Below are positions 37,560-50,254 of a stretch of 64,000 nt of DNA, in pieces. Location of the stretch: NCBI RefSeq assembly GCF_004010195.1, contig NC_057719.1:6842740-6906739 (forward strand), written 5' to 3'. The notes beneath the pieces are model-generated. The model did no database searches and had not been told where the DNA came from. It saw only the letters and a program-made list of their open reading frames with translations. Numbering within the stretch: position 1 is the first letter of the stretch; each line of letters starts with the position of its first letter. The position numbers and the translations under genes were made by a program. The stretch is from Chiloscyllium plagiosum. Lineage: Eukaryota.

Positions 37560-38945
37560 AATTGAATTGATTTTACTGTCACGTGTAGCGAAGCACAGTG
37601 AAAAGCTTTGTCTTGTGAGCAATGCAGGCAAATCACCGTTAAGTAGCATAGATAAGTAAATAATAGGTAAACAGCGGCAAAAACAAATGCAAGTACATTC
37701 GAATGTTAAGAGTTTGAGAGTCCATTCAGTATTCTAACAGTAAGGTAGAAACGGTTGCGAAATCGGCTGGTGCGTGTTCGAGCTTCTGTACCTCCTCCCT
37801 GATGGTAGAGATTGTAGAAAAACATTGTTCGGGTGGGATCGATCTTTGAGAATGCTGGCGGCCTTTCCATGACAGTGGGCCTGGTAGATGGATTCCCTAG
37901 TCGGGAGTTGACCTTTGTGATTGTCCGGGCCGAGTTCACCACTCTGTAACCATCTACGTTTGTTCAAAAATGTGGTGCTGGAAAAACAGCAGGCCAGGCA
38001 GCATCCGAGGAGCAGGAGAATCAACGTTTTGGGCATAAGCCCTTCTTCAGGATTCCTGAAGAAGGGCTTATGCCCAAAATGTCGATCCTCCTGCTCGGAT
38101 GCTGCCTGGCCTGCTGTGTTTTTCCAGCACGACATTTTTCAACTCTGGTCTCCAGCATCTGCAGTCCTCACTTTCTCCTAGTTGATCTGTAACCATCTAC
38201 AATCTTGAAGGTACAATTGCCATACCAGGTGGTGATACATCCAGACAGAATGCTCTCGATGGCGCACCTATAAAAGTTGGCAAGGGTATTCTTTGTCATG
38301 CCAAATTTCCTCAGCTGCATGAGGAAGAAGAGATGTTGCACCTTTGTAACCAGTGCGCCCACATGAAGAGTCCAAGAAAGCTTATTGTGGATGACCACTC
38401 CCAGGAGCTTGACACTCTCCACTCGTTCCATCTGTGTGCTGTGAATGTATAATGGGGCATGAGTAACATCTACTGAAAGTCAATAATGAGTTGCTTTGTT
38501 TTGCTGGCATTGAGAGGTCTGTTTTTCTCAGTGCACCATTTTTCCAGGTCTTCCACCTCCTGTCAGTAGTCTGTATCATCGCCATCTGAGATTCGACCGA
38601 CAATGGTGGTGGTATCAGCGAACTTGTAAACGGCATTAGTCTGGTATTTGGTGACACAGTCATGGATATTCAGTGAGTACAGTAGGGGGCTGAGTACGCA
38701 CCCCTGGGGGATTCCAGTGTTGAGTGTTAGTGAGGATGAAATCTTGTCCCCAATCTTCACTGATTGCCTGTGGGTCAGGAAACTGTGAATCCAGTTGCAG
38801 AGAGTGGGGCTTAGTCTGACTTCACTAAGTTTAGTAATCTGTCTGGAGGGGATAATAGTGTTGAAGGCAGAACTGTAGTCAATGAGTAGGATTCTTATGT
38901 CGCTGTTCTTGGTGTCAAGATGTTCTAGGGAGGATTGAGGGGCAA
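37560..38945 (-). mobile_element. Rex1/Babar LINE RT-to-3' fragment
   Basis: LTLNTGIPQGCVLSPLLYSL..HDC...YKFADTTTIVG, NFYRCAIESILSGCITTWYG, LPSGRRYRS. Confidence 0.9.
37958..38185. mobile_element. Palindromic Penelope pLTR insertion with 15-bp TSD
   Basis: Arms about 37966-38052 and 38054-38140 around a 1-nt spacer; tctgtaaccatctac at 37943-37957 and 38186-38200. Confidence 0.88.
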
Positions 38946-39754
38946 GTGATAAAATTGCCCTTGCTATCTTTCACATACTCTGATAACGTGAATGGAGGAT
39001 ATTTCTGGGTAACTATTGCCACTCCTATTTTTAGTAGTAAAGGATGAAAAGAATACTTGGTCATTACCGCCCTGTTGTAACTGCAGGTTTTCCCCATTGT
39101 CAAGATGGGTTTTCCTGCAACAGGGCAATATCAACCCTTTCCCTCTTTAGGCTGGAAAGTACTTTTTCCTTTTTAACTGGCAGATGACTTCCCTTAATGT
39201 TCCAGGTGCACCATTTAACCATTTAACAAGCCACTTAGCTATAATCCCCTTTCTGAGATCCTTGAAAACCCGGAAGGGAGAACCCTGCTTGCAATGCGCC
39301 GAGCACAAATAAATGGAGACTCGGAGTCCTAAACTTATGTATACGAAAACTACTCTAACATAACTGCAAATGAACATTGCTATGAAAAAACTACAAACAA
39401 AACCAACTGTAAAACCTTGAACACGAGAGTCTTTTCCTTAGCTATGTTCCCGCTTAGCTATGTATCATCAAATTTTGAGAAATAAGTGAACCAGATATCC
39501 AGATGATTTTATATAGATTTATGAATTGTTGTGGCCCTAACACTGATGCTTGAGGTACGCCATTACCAACAGCCTGCTTTTCTGAGAATGATCTGTTCAT
39601 TTGTATTCTCTGCTTTCTGTCTATGAACCATTCTTAATTCATAATTGTTAATCCATACTGAGACAGTCTGTCTTTTCTCCCTTTCTTCCCCAACTTCCAG
39701 TTTAAAAAAATACAAATTTTATTTACTATCCTCCTGTGTAAAAGTTTCCATTGT

Positions 39755-39952
39755 CTCAGAGTACCATAGGGCTACTCTCTCTTGTTAGAGTGACACAACG
39801 GGTGGTGATTTAACCTGAGGGTCACTGTGCTTCATGTGAGGGGTATGATTGAGAAAGTGGTAACCTTCATGATAACCTCAGCTGATACAGGAATTGAACC
39901 CATGCTGTTGGTGCCACTCTGCATCACAAACCAGTCATAACCAACTGAGCTC
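39755..39952 (-). mobile_element. tRNA-derived SINE
   Basis: Minus strand A box agctcagttgg and B box gggttcaattcc. Confidence 0.65.
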
Positions 39953-40873
39953 GCTGTCCTTGTGTGGAATCTTATCAAAAGTCTTCTGAAACCCAAGTAT
40001 ACCACTTTCAGTGGTTCTCCTTTGTCTATGCTGCAAGTAACATAGAGACGTGGTGATCTACTGCACAAAAAAAAATCCCTTTGACCCACCATGTCCATGC
40101 TGGTCAAAAACAACCACCTATCTACTCTAATCTCTCTTTCCAGAATGTTTTGGTGTTGCAAGTGAACTTCTAAATAGTAATGTTGAGAGTGTTTTTGCCT
40201 TTGCCACCTTCCAGAGAGATTCCAATTCCCACTAATACCTAGGTGAAAAAGATTTTTCTCTCCTCCCCTTTAAACCTTGTGTCCCTTGCCTTAAATTTAT
40301 GTCTCTGGTCACTGATCCCTCCATCAAAGGAAAAATGTTATTCCTCTCTATCTCTGTCCCTCAAAAGTTTATACATAGCAATCATGACCCCCCCCCCGCC
40401 CCCCCAACCAATTCTCCGCTCTAAGGAAAACAACCTCCGTCTGTCCAATCTATCTCCATAACTGAAACTCTCAAGCCCAGGCAATATTGTAAATCCCCTT
40501 TGCATCTTCTCCAGTGCATTCTCATCTCCTCCTCTTCCCCCCCCCAATAATATGGATTCCTAGTACTATACACAATACTTGAGCTGTAGCCTAACCAACA
40601 ATTTGAATGGTTCCATCGTAACCTCCCTGGTCTTAAACACAATTCTTCGACAAATAAAGGCAAGTATTCCATATGTTGTCTTAACTGCTTTATTCACCTG
40701 TCCTGATGCCTTAAAGGACTACTGTACATGCACACCAAGGTACATTTGATTCTCTGTGCTTCCCAGGGTTCTACACCACATTGTCTTCCCTTGCCTTGTT
40801 TGACCTGTCCAAGTATACCCTTGCATTTATCCTGATTTAATTACATTTGCCATTTATCAGCTTATTAGACCAG

Positions 40874-41481
40874 GTGAAAGTGAGGACTGCAGATGCTGAA
40901 CATCAGAGTCAAGAGTGTGGTGCTGGAAAAGCACAGCAGGTCAGGCTGCATCAGAGAAGCAGGAAAATTGACATTTCAGGTAAAAGCCCTTCATCAGGAA
41001 TGAGGCTGGGAGCCTCGGGGGTGGAGAGACAAATGGGAGGGGGATAGAGCTGCGGGGAGGGTAGTTGAGTGCACAAGGTGGATGGAGGTGGTGGTAAAGA
41101 TGGTAGGTCGGAGGGGAGGGTGGAGTGGATAGGTGGGAAGGAAGATGGACAAAATGGGACAGGTCATGAGGATGGTGCTGAGCTGGAAGGTTGGAACTAG
41201 GGTACGGTTGGGGATGGGAAATGAGGAAACTGGTGAAATCCACATTGATGCCATGTGGTTTGAGGGTTCCGAGACAAGATGAGGCATTCTTCCTCCAGGC
41301 ATTGGGTGGTAAGGGAGTGACTATGGAGAAGGCCCAGGATCTGCATGTCCTCGGCAGAGGCGGGGGGGAGAAGAGTTGAAATGTTTGGCCACGGGGCGGT
41401 GGGGTTGATTGGTGCCGGTGTCCCCGAGATATTTCTGAAGTGCTCTGGGAGTAGGCATCCTGTCTCCCCAGTGTTGAGGAA
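40874..41481 (-). mobile_element. Penelope-like element 3' part (end of GIY-YIG region plus pLTR)
   Basis: pLTR gtgaaagtgaggactgcagatgctg...; decayed hammerhead at about 40970-40997; paralogous to 41504-42439. Confidence 0.82.
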
Positions 41482-41503
41482 ACCAGTTCAGTTATATTCT
41501 AAG

Positions 41504-42439
41504 TCTAGATTAGAGTGGTGCTGGAAAAGCACAGCAGGTCAGGCAGCATCAGAGGAGCAGGAAAATTGATGTTTCAGGCAGGAGCCCTTCGTCAGGAATG
41601 AGGCTGGGAGCCTCGAGGTGGAGCGATAAATGGGAGGGGGTTGGGGCCAGGGAGAAGGAAGCTAAGAGTGCAATAAGTGGATGGAGGTGGGGATAAAGGT
41701 GATAAGTCGGAGATGCTGCCTCACAGTGCCAGAGACCTGGGTTCAATTCCCGCCTCAGGCATCTCTGTGCGGAATTTGCACATTTTTCCTGTGTCTATGT
41801 GGGTTTCCTCTGGGTGCTCTGGTTTCCTCCCATAATCCAAGAATGTGCAGGTTAGGTGAATTGGCCATGCTAAATTGCCCGTAGTGTTAGGCGAAGGGGT
41901 AAATATAAGGGAATGGGTCTGGGTGGGTTGTGCTTCGGCGGGTCGGTGTGGACTTGTTGGGCCGAAGGGCCTGTTTACACACTAAGTAATCTAATTTAAA
42001 GGTGGGTGGAGTGGCTAGGTGGGAAGGAAAATTGGCAGGTAGGACAGGTCATCCGTATGGTGCTGAGCTGGAAGGTTGGAACTGGGGTAAATTGGGGGGA
42101 GGGGAAATGAACAAACTGGTGAAGTCTACATTGATGCCCTGGGGTTGAAGTGTTCTGAGGTGGAAAATGAGGTGTTCTTCCTCCAGGCATTGGGTGGTGA
42201 GGGAGTGGAGATGGAGGAGGCCCAGGACCTGCATGTCTTTGGCAGAGGCCTCCTCCATTTACACTCTTAGCTACCTTCTCCCCAGCCCCACTTTATCTTC
42301 CAGCCTCATTCCTGATGAAGGGCTCCTGCCCGAAACATCGATTTTCCTGCTCCTTGGATGCTGCCTAACCTGCTGTGCTTTTCCAGCACCACTCTAATCT
42401 CGACTCTGATCTCCAGCATCTGCGGTCCTCACTTTCATC
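41504..42439 (-). mobile_element. Penelope-like element with inverted pLTR arms
   Basis: QCLEEEHLIFHLRTLQPQGINVDF (PLE endonuclease C-terminus); hammerhead cores at about 41568-41595 (-) and 42312-42339 (+); near-TSD ta[t/c]attctaag at 41493-41503 and 42440-42450. Confidence 0.85.
41713..41996 (+). mobile_element. HE1-type V-SINE, 5'-truncated, inside Penelope
   Basis: B box gggttcaattcc, V-domain, tail ggcctgtttacacactaagtaatctaat. Confidence 0.88.
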
Positions 42440-43574
42440 TACATTCTAAGCTTCTTCTCACTATTTACCACTCCACCAATTTTTGCATCTTTTGCAAACT
42501 TACTGAATAACTCTCCTACATACCAATCTAAATCATTTATGTCAACCACTGACAGCAAGTGTGCCAGAATTGACCTGTGTGGGATCCCACTGGACTTCGC
42601 TCAGACTCTCCTTCTGCTTCCTGCCACTCAGTCAAATTTGCCAAATTTCATTCGATCCCAATTCTTTGCTGTGAGTCTTCCATGTGCAACCTTGCTATAC
42701 GCTGTCAAAAGCATTGCCCTCATCTACACACTTGAAAAATTCAGTCAAAATGATCAGACATAACCCCTATTTATGACTAACCTGTATCTCCAAATGCCGA
42801 TGAACTGAGCCTCAGAATTGTTCCAATAGTTCCCTAGTACTGAGGTTAGACAAATGGCCTGTAGTTTCCTGGTGCTCACTCTCTCCTCCAGCACCTCTGC
42901 TGTGGCCAGAGAAGCAGAGACATTGTATCCAAGGCCGCTGTATTTTCTCATCTCATTAAAACCTGCATTTCATCTGGCCTGGCAATTTATCTACTGTTAA
43001 GCCAGCCAGGCCACTCAATCTTCTGTCAATGCTAATTTCTTTGTATCCATAGATCTTTTTCCCTGATTTCTGTAGTCCTATAGTCCCTCTCATTAGTGAA
43101 CACCAATCCAAAGTACTTGTTTAGAAACCCTACCTGCCTCCTCTGGCTCCATATTCACATTACCACCATTGTCCTTAATGAGCCTGTTTCCCTCTTCATC
43201 CTTTTATCCTTTAATATCCCTTGAAAACAACTCGGGGTTTTCTTTTATTTTACCTCCCAGTATCCTTTCACACCCCTTTTGCCTCTCCTAGTTCCCCTTT
43301 ATGTTTTCTGTTATGCATTCTATTATCCTCTAAAGCTTCAGCATCTTCAGAAAAAAAACCCACCTCCAGATTTGTCAAACATTTACCTTTCACTTATTTA
43401 TATTAACCTTGAAAACAGTTGTCCAATTTTGAGAAGGTCTGTTATCACATCTTTAATAAGAAATTTCAATATTTTCCACGCTACCGACATCAAATGAACA
43501 GTTCTGTACTTGTCTGCCCTCCCTTCCCTCCCGCTCTCCCTTCCAACAGTGTATTTACATTTGCTTCTTTATAG

Positions 43575-43865
43575 TCTGCAAGGGTGTTCCTGGAATCTGC
43601 AGAACTATGAAAGATAACCACCAATGCATCCATTATTTATGTAGCCATCTCCTTAAACACTCTAGGGGTGGCTCATTGGTTCAGTAGACTAAGAACCTTT
43701 AATCCATTTAACTTTCCAGTACCTCTTTTACTAATGCTGATTTCTCTCAGCTCTTCAGTTTTACATGTGCCTTGGCTGCTTTGGTATTTCTGCGAGTTTT
43801 GTGTCTTCCTCTCTCAGGGCACAGGAATTGTTTAGATTTTCTGCCATTTCCCTGTTCTCCACACT
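43575..43865 (-). mobile_element. Old CR1 internal fragment
   Basis: gaatctgcagaactatgaaagataaccaccaatgcatcc...tctgccatttccctgttctcc parallels 49880-50135. Confidence 0.6.
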
Positions 43866-44004
43866 AAGCTGGTTTTCTTTAAGAAAGGAGGTATATTGTA
43901 CTCAGAGAGGGAATACCAGCTTTCTTCCAAATAGCCTGTTTGTGGCAAAACAGAAACTAATATATTGCAACTGCTGTTGGCGGTGACTGCATAGATACTC
44001 GTTG

Positions 44005-45270
44005 CTCTATGATATATTGATGAGGGTAGTGCAGTTGATGTGGTTTACATGGAGTTAAGTAAGGCCTTTGACATGGTGTCATGTGAAAGGTTGGTCCAAA
44101 AGATGAGCCCATGGGAAACAAGGCAAGTTGGCAAACTGGATCCAAAATTGGCTTACAAATAGGAGATAAAGGGTGATGGTGATGTTTTTATTTCAAAGCC
44201 TCTGACTAAGGTGTACCACAGATTATTGTTAATGCTTTCATTATACCTTCTATATTCAAGTTATTAATGTATAGGTTTGCAGATGACAGGAGAATTGATG
44301 GTGTTGAATAGTGAAGAGGATGGTTTCCAGCTACAGTCTGATGTTGTTCAGCTGGTAAATTGGACAGGAGCATGGACAGATGGAATTTAATTCTTATAAG
44401 GGTGAGGTGATGCGTTTTGGGAGGTCTAATAAAGAAAAGATTTACACAATGAATGGTAGGTCCATAGAGAGTATTGAGGAACAAAGACACCTTGATGTAC
44501 AAGTCATGAGGTGTCAGCACAGACAGGGTGGTGGAGAAGGCATGTGGGATGCTTGCCCTCATTAGCCAAGTATAGAATACAGAAGCAGAGAAGTCTTTTT
44601 GCAACTGTCTAAAATATGTTAGTCAAAAATGCATGCATCTATAGTCTGTTTTGATAATATAGCAATGTGATTACATTGGAGAGGGTGGAGAAGGAAGTCA
44701 CCAGGTGGTAGTCTGAGATGGAAAATCTGTTATAAGGAGAGACCGGATAGGCTGGGTTTCTTTTCCCTGGCTCAGGTGACTGAGGGAAATCCGATACGAA
44801 ATTATGGGAGGTGTTGATAGGATACATTTGAGAGAATGTTTTCCCACATGGTAGATTTATCCAAGACCAGAAGGCATAAGTTAAAAGTGAAGAGTAGCTT
44901 AGAGAGGATCTGAGAGAACTTCTCACCACAGCGCAGTAGAAATGTGCATTGTGCTGCATAAGAGGATGGTGGAGGAGGAAGGAATTCTCTGAACATCTTA
45001 GGAGTATCTGCACAAGCACTTAAAAGGCTAGGATAGTAGACTCTGGACCAAGTGCCACTCTTTAAGAAGGGTAGTAAAGACAAGCCAGGGAACTATAGAC
45101 CAGTGAGCCTGACGTCAGTGGTGGGCAAGTTGTTGGAGGGAATCCTGAGGGACAGGATGTCCATGCTGTACATCTCTGACTCTAAGTGCAAGCAAATGGG
45201 ATTAATATAGATTGGTGTTTGTTGATCATCTTAGATGTGAGGGGTGAGGAGCCATTTCTATGCTGTATGA
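44005..45270 (+). mobile_element. Old CR1 RT-to-3' fragment
   Basis: AVDVVYME.SKAFD, QMEFNSYKGEVMRFGRSN. Confidence 0.8.
45056..45183 (+). mobile_element. Young internally deleted CR1 mini-insertion
   Basis: Open PLFKKGSKDKPGNYRPVSLTSVVGKLLEGILRDRM fused to the tail ccatgctgtacatctctgactct; aagtgc at 45050-45055 and 45184-45189. Confidence 0.8.
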
Positions 45271-45659
45271 CTTAGTTTGTCAAGTCATCAAGACTCTAAA
45301 AGCAATTCTTTTATCTCCCCTAAAAGTTTTGGCTTGTGTTTTCCAATAAGCCATAGCTAGACCACCTTCTCTTTGACTTTTTAAAAAAAAACTTTCATTT
45401 CCAAGAAATCGCATGACAAAACCTCTTCAAACCAGGAACATCCAAACAGTTCCATAAATGTAAACATTCCAGGAGTTATTGTCGATACAATATATTTGTA
45501 TTTCCAACAGCTGATACCTTCAAAATTAATGTATAATTCTATCTTATTATGGTTGCTGTTTCCTAAAGGCTGCTGTGTAGCATGATAATTCATTTTCCCT
45601 TTCTCGTTACTTTGGATAAAGGATATCGCTTGATCCTAAGTTGGTTTTTCAACATGCTG

Positions 45660-45845
45660 CTTCAGCAATTCATCCTCCCAGCATTAGTGCAGACTTTGTC
45701 CATATGCAATATGTTACCCATGTTACATCAGTCTCCAATTTGTTGATTAAACTGTACCCAGCATTACTACTACTACTTGGCCTATAAACAGCGCTGACCA
45801 ATGTTTGCTGGCCCTTGCCATTCCTCCGCTCCACCTTAACTGATT
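45660..45845 (-). mobile_element. CR1 endonuclease fragment
   Basis: VERRNGKGQQTLVSAVYRP motif. Confidence 0.65.
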
Positions 45846-45854
45846 GATTGTATA

Positions 45855-47420
45855 TAGAGTCATAGAGATGTACAGCACGGAAATGGAACCTTTGGTCCAA
45901 CTCCTTCATGCCGACTGATATCCTAATCTAGTCCCATTTGCCAGCACTTGGCCCATATCCCTCTAAACTCTTCCTATTCATATACTCATCCAGATGCCTT
46001 TTAAATCTTGTAATTGTACCACTTCCTCTGGCAGCTCATTGCATACATGCAGCATCCTCTGTGTGAAAAAGTTGCTCCTTAGGCTCCTTGTAAATCTTTC
46101 CCCTCACCTTAAACCTAGTTTTGGACTCCCCCACCCCAGGGGAAGACCTTGTTTATTTACCCTATCCATGTCCCTGTGATTTCATAAACGTCTATAAGGT
46201 CACCCCTGAGCCTCCAATTCTCCAGGAAAAACCTCCCCAATATATTCAGCCTTTCCCAATATCGCAAACCTTCCAGCCCTGGCAATATACCTGTAAATCT
46301 TTGCTGAACCCTTTCAAGTTTCACAAAATCCTACCAATAGCATGAAAACCAGTGTTGCATACAATATGTCAAAAGTGGCCTAATCAACTTCCTGTACAGC
46401 TGCAACATTTCCTCCCAACTCCTATACTCAGTCCTCTGACCAATAAAGGAAAGGGTACCAATCCTATCTATCTGCAACTCTACTTTCAAGGAACGATGAA
46501 CCTGCACTCCAAGGTCTCTGTTCAGCAACACTCCCTAGGACCTTACCATTAAGTATATAAGTCCTGCCATTGTCTTTCCAAAATATAGCGCCTTGCATTT
46601 ATCTAAATTAAACTCCATCTGCCACTGTATGGCCCATTGGTTCATCTGATCAAGGTCCTGTTGTACTCTGAGGTAACTTCTTCATTGTCCACTACACCAC
46701 CTCCTATTTTTATGTCATCCATAAACTTACTAACTGTACCTCCTCCTATGTTTACATCCAAATCACTTATATAAATGACGAAAAGCAGTGGACCCAGCAC
46801 CGACCCTTGTGGCACAGGCTTCCAATCTGAAAGGCAACCTCCACCACCACCCTGTCTTCTGCCTTCGAGCCAGTTTTGTATCTAAATGGCTAGTTCTTCC
46901 TGTGTTCCATGTGATCTTACCTTTATAACCAGTCTACCATGAGGATTGTTCTCTAATGCTTTACTGAATTCCATATAGATCATGTCCACCACTCTGCCTT
47001 CTTCAATCCTCTTCGTTACAACTTTAGAAAATTCAATAATTAGTGAGACCATGATTTCCCATGCACAAAGTCGTGTTGACTATCCCTAATTAGTCCTTGC
47101 CCATCCAAATACATGTAAATCCTGTCCCTCAGGATTCCCTCCAACAACTGGTCCAACACAGATGTCAGCCTCACTCCTCTCTAGTTCCCTGGCTTTTCCT
47201 TACCACCTTTCTTAAACAGTTGCACCACATTGCCAACCTCCAGTCTTCAGGCACCTCATCTGTGATTATCGATGATCTAAATATCTCAGCAAGGGACCCA
47301 GCAATCACTTCCCTAGATTCCCACAGAGTTCTAGGGTCCTGGGGATTTATCCACCTTTCTGCTTTTTAAGACATCCAGCACCACCACTTCTGTAATGTGG
47401 ACATTTTTCAAAATGTCACC
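45855..47420 (-). mobile_element. CR1 LINE RT-to-3' end
   Basis: tagagtcatagagatg tail; RDLGVQVHRSLKVELQIDR, LYRKLIRPLLTYC. Confidence 0.9.
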
Positions 47421-47584
47421 ATCTATTTCCCTCACATTCTAACTGCTGCAGCTTGTTTTTCTTTCAGTTGTGGAAAAGTTGAAGATTTGAGTTGCATGAG
47501 CAATTATTGTGGGTTCAGCTCAATACATTGCTAAATAGTTACTTTCTGTGTCCTTTCAAACAGACTGAGGAAGACTTGACTATA

Positions 47585-47790
47585 GGGTAACACAGTGGCT
47601 TAGTGGTTAGCATTGTTGCTGCACAGCACCAGGAACCTGGGTTCACTTCCAGCCTTTGACTGTGCAAACTCAACACAGACATTCTCCCTATGACTGCATG
47701 GATTTCCTCCTAGTGCTCCGGTTTCCTCCCATGGTCCAAAGATGTGCAGGATTTGTCATGCCAATATGCCCTTAGTGTCTAGGGATCTGC
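47585..47790 (+). mobile_element. HE1-type V-SINE
   Basis: A box tggcttagtgg, B box gggttcacttcc, V-domain gtgctccggtttcctccc. Confidence 0.82.
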
Positions 47791-47986
47791 AGGCTAGGAG
47801 GCTGAAATAGATCACCTGTTTGGTACTTCTGATTAAACATTGTAGTGAATGCTTCAGCCTTAACATTTTCACTGATGTGCTGGACACCCCCATTATTTAA
47901 GATGGGTATGTGTTGTACAGCCTGTTCTGCATTAGTACCACATCTAATCTCCTCCTGGGCTGCTTGGCTGGTCAGCTTCATTTTTG

Positions 47987-48217
47987 AGGAGAAAGTGAGG
48001 TCTGCAGATGCTGGAGATCAGAGCTGAAAATGTGTTGCTGGAAAAGCGCAGCAGGTCAGGCAACATCCAGGGAACAGGAGAATTGACGTTTCGGGCATAA
48101 GCCCTTCAGGAATGAGGAAAGTTTCCTCATTCCTGAAGAAGGGCTTGTGCCCGAAACGTCGATTCTCCTGTTCCCTGGATGCTGCCTGACCTGCTGCGCT
48201 TTTCCAGCAACACATTT
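47987..48217. mobile_element. Palindromic Penelope pLTR insertion, family A, with 15-bp TSD
   Basis: Arms 48022-48120 and 48122-48223; tcagcttcatttttg at 47972-47986 and 48218-48232. Confidence 0.9.
48130..48165 (+). ncRNA. Minimal type I hammerhead ribozyme motif (family A)
   Basis: ttc-CTGAAGA-a-GGGC-ttgt-GCCC-GAAA-cg-TC-gattc; palindromic ACGT stem III, GUC triplet; stem I weak. Confidence 0.7.
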
Positions 48218-50254
48218 TCAGCTTCATTTTTGCCAATTGCACACAATCACTTGGAAAAGGTTTGTCAAAAAGTTAAAGACCAATGTCTGATGAAATGGTT
48301 GATCATGTTTGTGCCTGGAGTGAAATGTTCAATGCCTTTATGGTTGCCAGTGGCTTTAAAGCATGTGGTTTCCAAATTATTCAATCTCCTCTTAAGACCG
48401 CAAGACACCCCCCCCCCCCCCCCCCCCCCCCCCCCAAGAAGCAGAAATTAGGCCATTCAGCCCATCAAGTCTGCTCTGCCATTCAGTCATAGCTAATAAG
48501 TTTCTCAACTGCATTCTCCTGCTTTCTCTCTGTAACCCTTGATCCCCTTGATAATCAAGAACCCATCTATCTCTGTCTTAAATATACTAAATAACCTGGC
48601 CTCCACAGCCTTTTGTGGAAGTGAATTTCATAGATTGACCACGCTGTACCTTGAGGTTTCTTCTTATCTCCGTTCTCAAAGGTCTCCCCTTTACTCTACT
48701 CTAAGGATGTGCCCTTGGGTCCTCATCTCCGACCAATGGAAACATTATTTCAACATATACTCTGTCCGGGCCATTCAGTATTCTGTGTGTTTCACATTGG
48801 ATCTCTCCCCTCCCCCCACCCCATCCTTCTAAACTCTATCGAGGATAGACCCAGAGTCCTTAAATGTTCCTCCTATCTTCAGCTTTTTATTCCTGTGACA
48901 ATTCTCGTGAACCTTCTCTGAATGTGCTGCAGAGTCAGTACATCCTTGCTGAGATATGGGGCATAACATTCTGCACAATACTCCAAATCTGGTCTGACCA
49001 GAACCTTACAGAGCCTCAAAAGTACATACCTGCTTTTATATTCAAGCCCTCTTAAAATAAATGACATCTGACTCAACCTGCAGTTTACCTTGAGAATCCT
49101 GGACTATAACTCCCAAGTCTTTTTACACTTCAGACTTCTGAATTTTAGAAAATAGTCCGTGTCCCTCTTTTTTTTTTCCCCCAGCCAAAATGCATGACTT
49201 CACACCTTCCCAAGTTGTACTCTACCTGCCACCTCCTTGTCCACTCTTCTAACCTAGTCACATTCTTCTGCAGCCTCCCCGGTGCCTCAATGCTATCTGC
49301 TCTCTCTTTGTATCATCTGCAAACTTCGCCAGAATGCCCTCAGTTCCTTCATCCAAATCATTACTATACAAAGTGAAATGTTGTGGTCCCAACACTGACC
49401 CTTGCAGAACACCACTTCTCACTAGCTGCCATCCTGAGAAAGATCCTTTTTATCCCCACTCTGTGCTTTCTGCCAGACAGCCAAGCTTCTGTCTGTGCTC
49501 GCACCTTTCCTCTAACATCATGGGCCCTTATCTTACTCTGCAGTCTCCTTTGCGGCACCTTGTCAAAGGCCTTCCTGAAGTTCAGGTCAATAACATCCAT
49601 TGGCTCTCCTTGGTCTAACCTGCTCAATACTTCCTCAAAACATTCTAGCAGATTTGTCAGGTATGACCTCCCCTTAATGAAACCATGCTGACTTTGCCCT
49701 ATTTCACCATGCACGTCCAAGTATTCAGATATCTCCTCCTTCACAATGGACTCCAGGATCTTTCCCATGACTGAGGTTAAGCTAAGCAGTTGGTAATTTT
49801 CCATGTGTTGACTTAGTCCCTTTTTAAACATGGGGTCATGTTAGCAATTTTCCAGTCCTCTGGGACGTTCCCTGGCTCTCAGCAATTCCTGAAAGATCAC
49901 CACTAATGCCTCCATTATTTCTTCAGCTATCTCCCTTAGAACTCTGGGGTGTGGTCCATCTGGTCCAAGTGATTTATCCACCTTTAGGCCGTTTAGCTTT
50001 TCTTGTATCTTCATGATGATCATCATATTCAGCTCTACCACCTGACATTCTTGAACTTTTGGGATATTACTTACATTTTTCACTGAGGACTGACACAAAG
50101 TAATTATTCAGTTCCTCAGCCATTTCCTTGTTCCCCACTACCATCTCCCCAGCATCATTTTCCAGCTGCCCAATGTCCTCTCTTGCTGTTATATATCTAA
50201 AGAAATTATTACTTCTGTCTTTATATTACTGGCTAGCTTACCCTCATTTTTTTA

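Larger units (their letters stand above)
39955..43200 (-). mobile_element. Old CR1 LINE fragments hosting nested Penelope and SINE insertions
   Basis: ALEKMQRGFT.LPGLESFSYGDRLDRRRLFSLERR; CR1 sequence resumes at 41482-41503 and from 42450. Confidence 0.7.

Noticed and set aside
37071..37636. ORFs with VCVC or HTHT runs
   Set aside because: Translation of the (CA)n microsatellite plus L1 remnants
48407..48435. Poly-C run as a G-quadruplex element
   Set aside because: Homopolymer at a CR1 3' boundary; length is unreliable in assemblies
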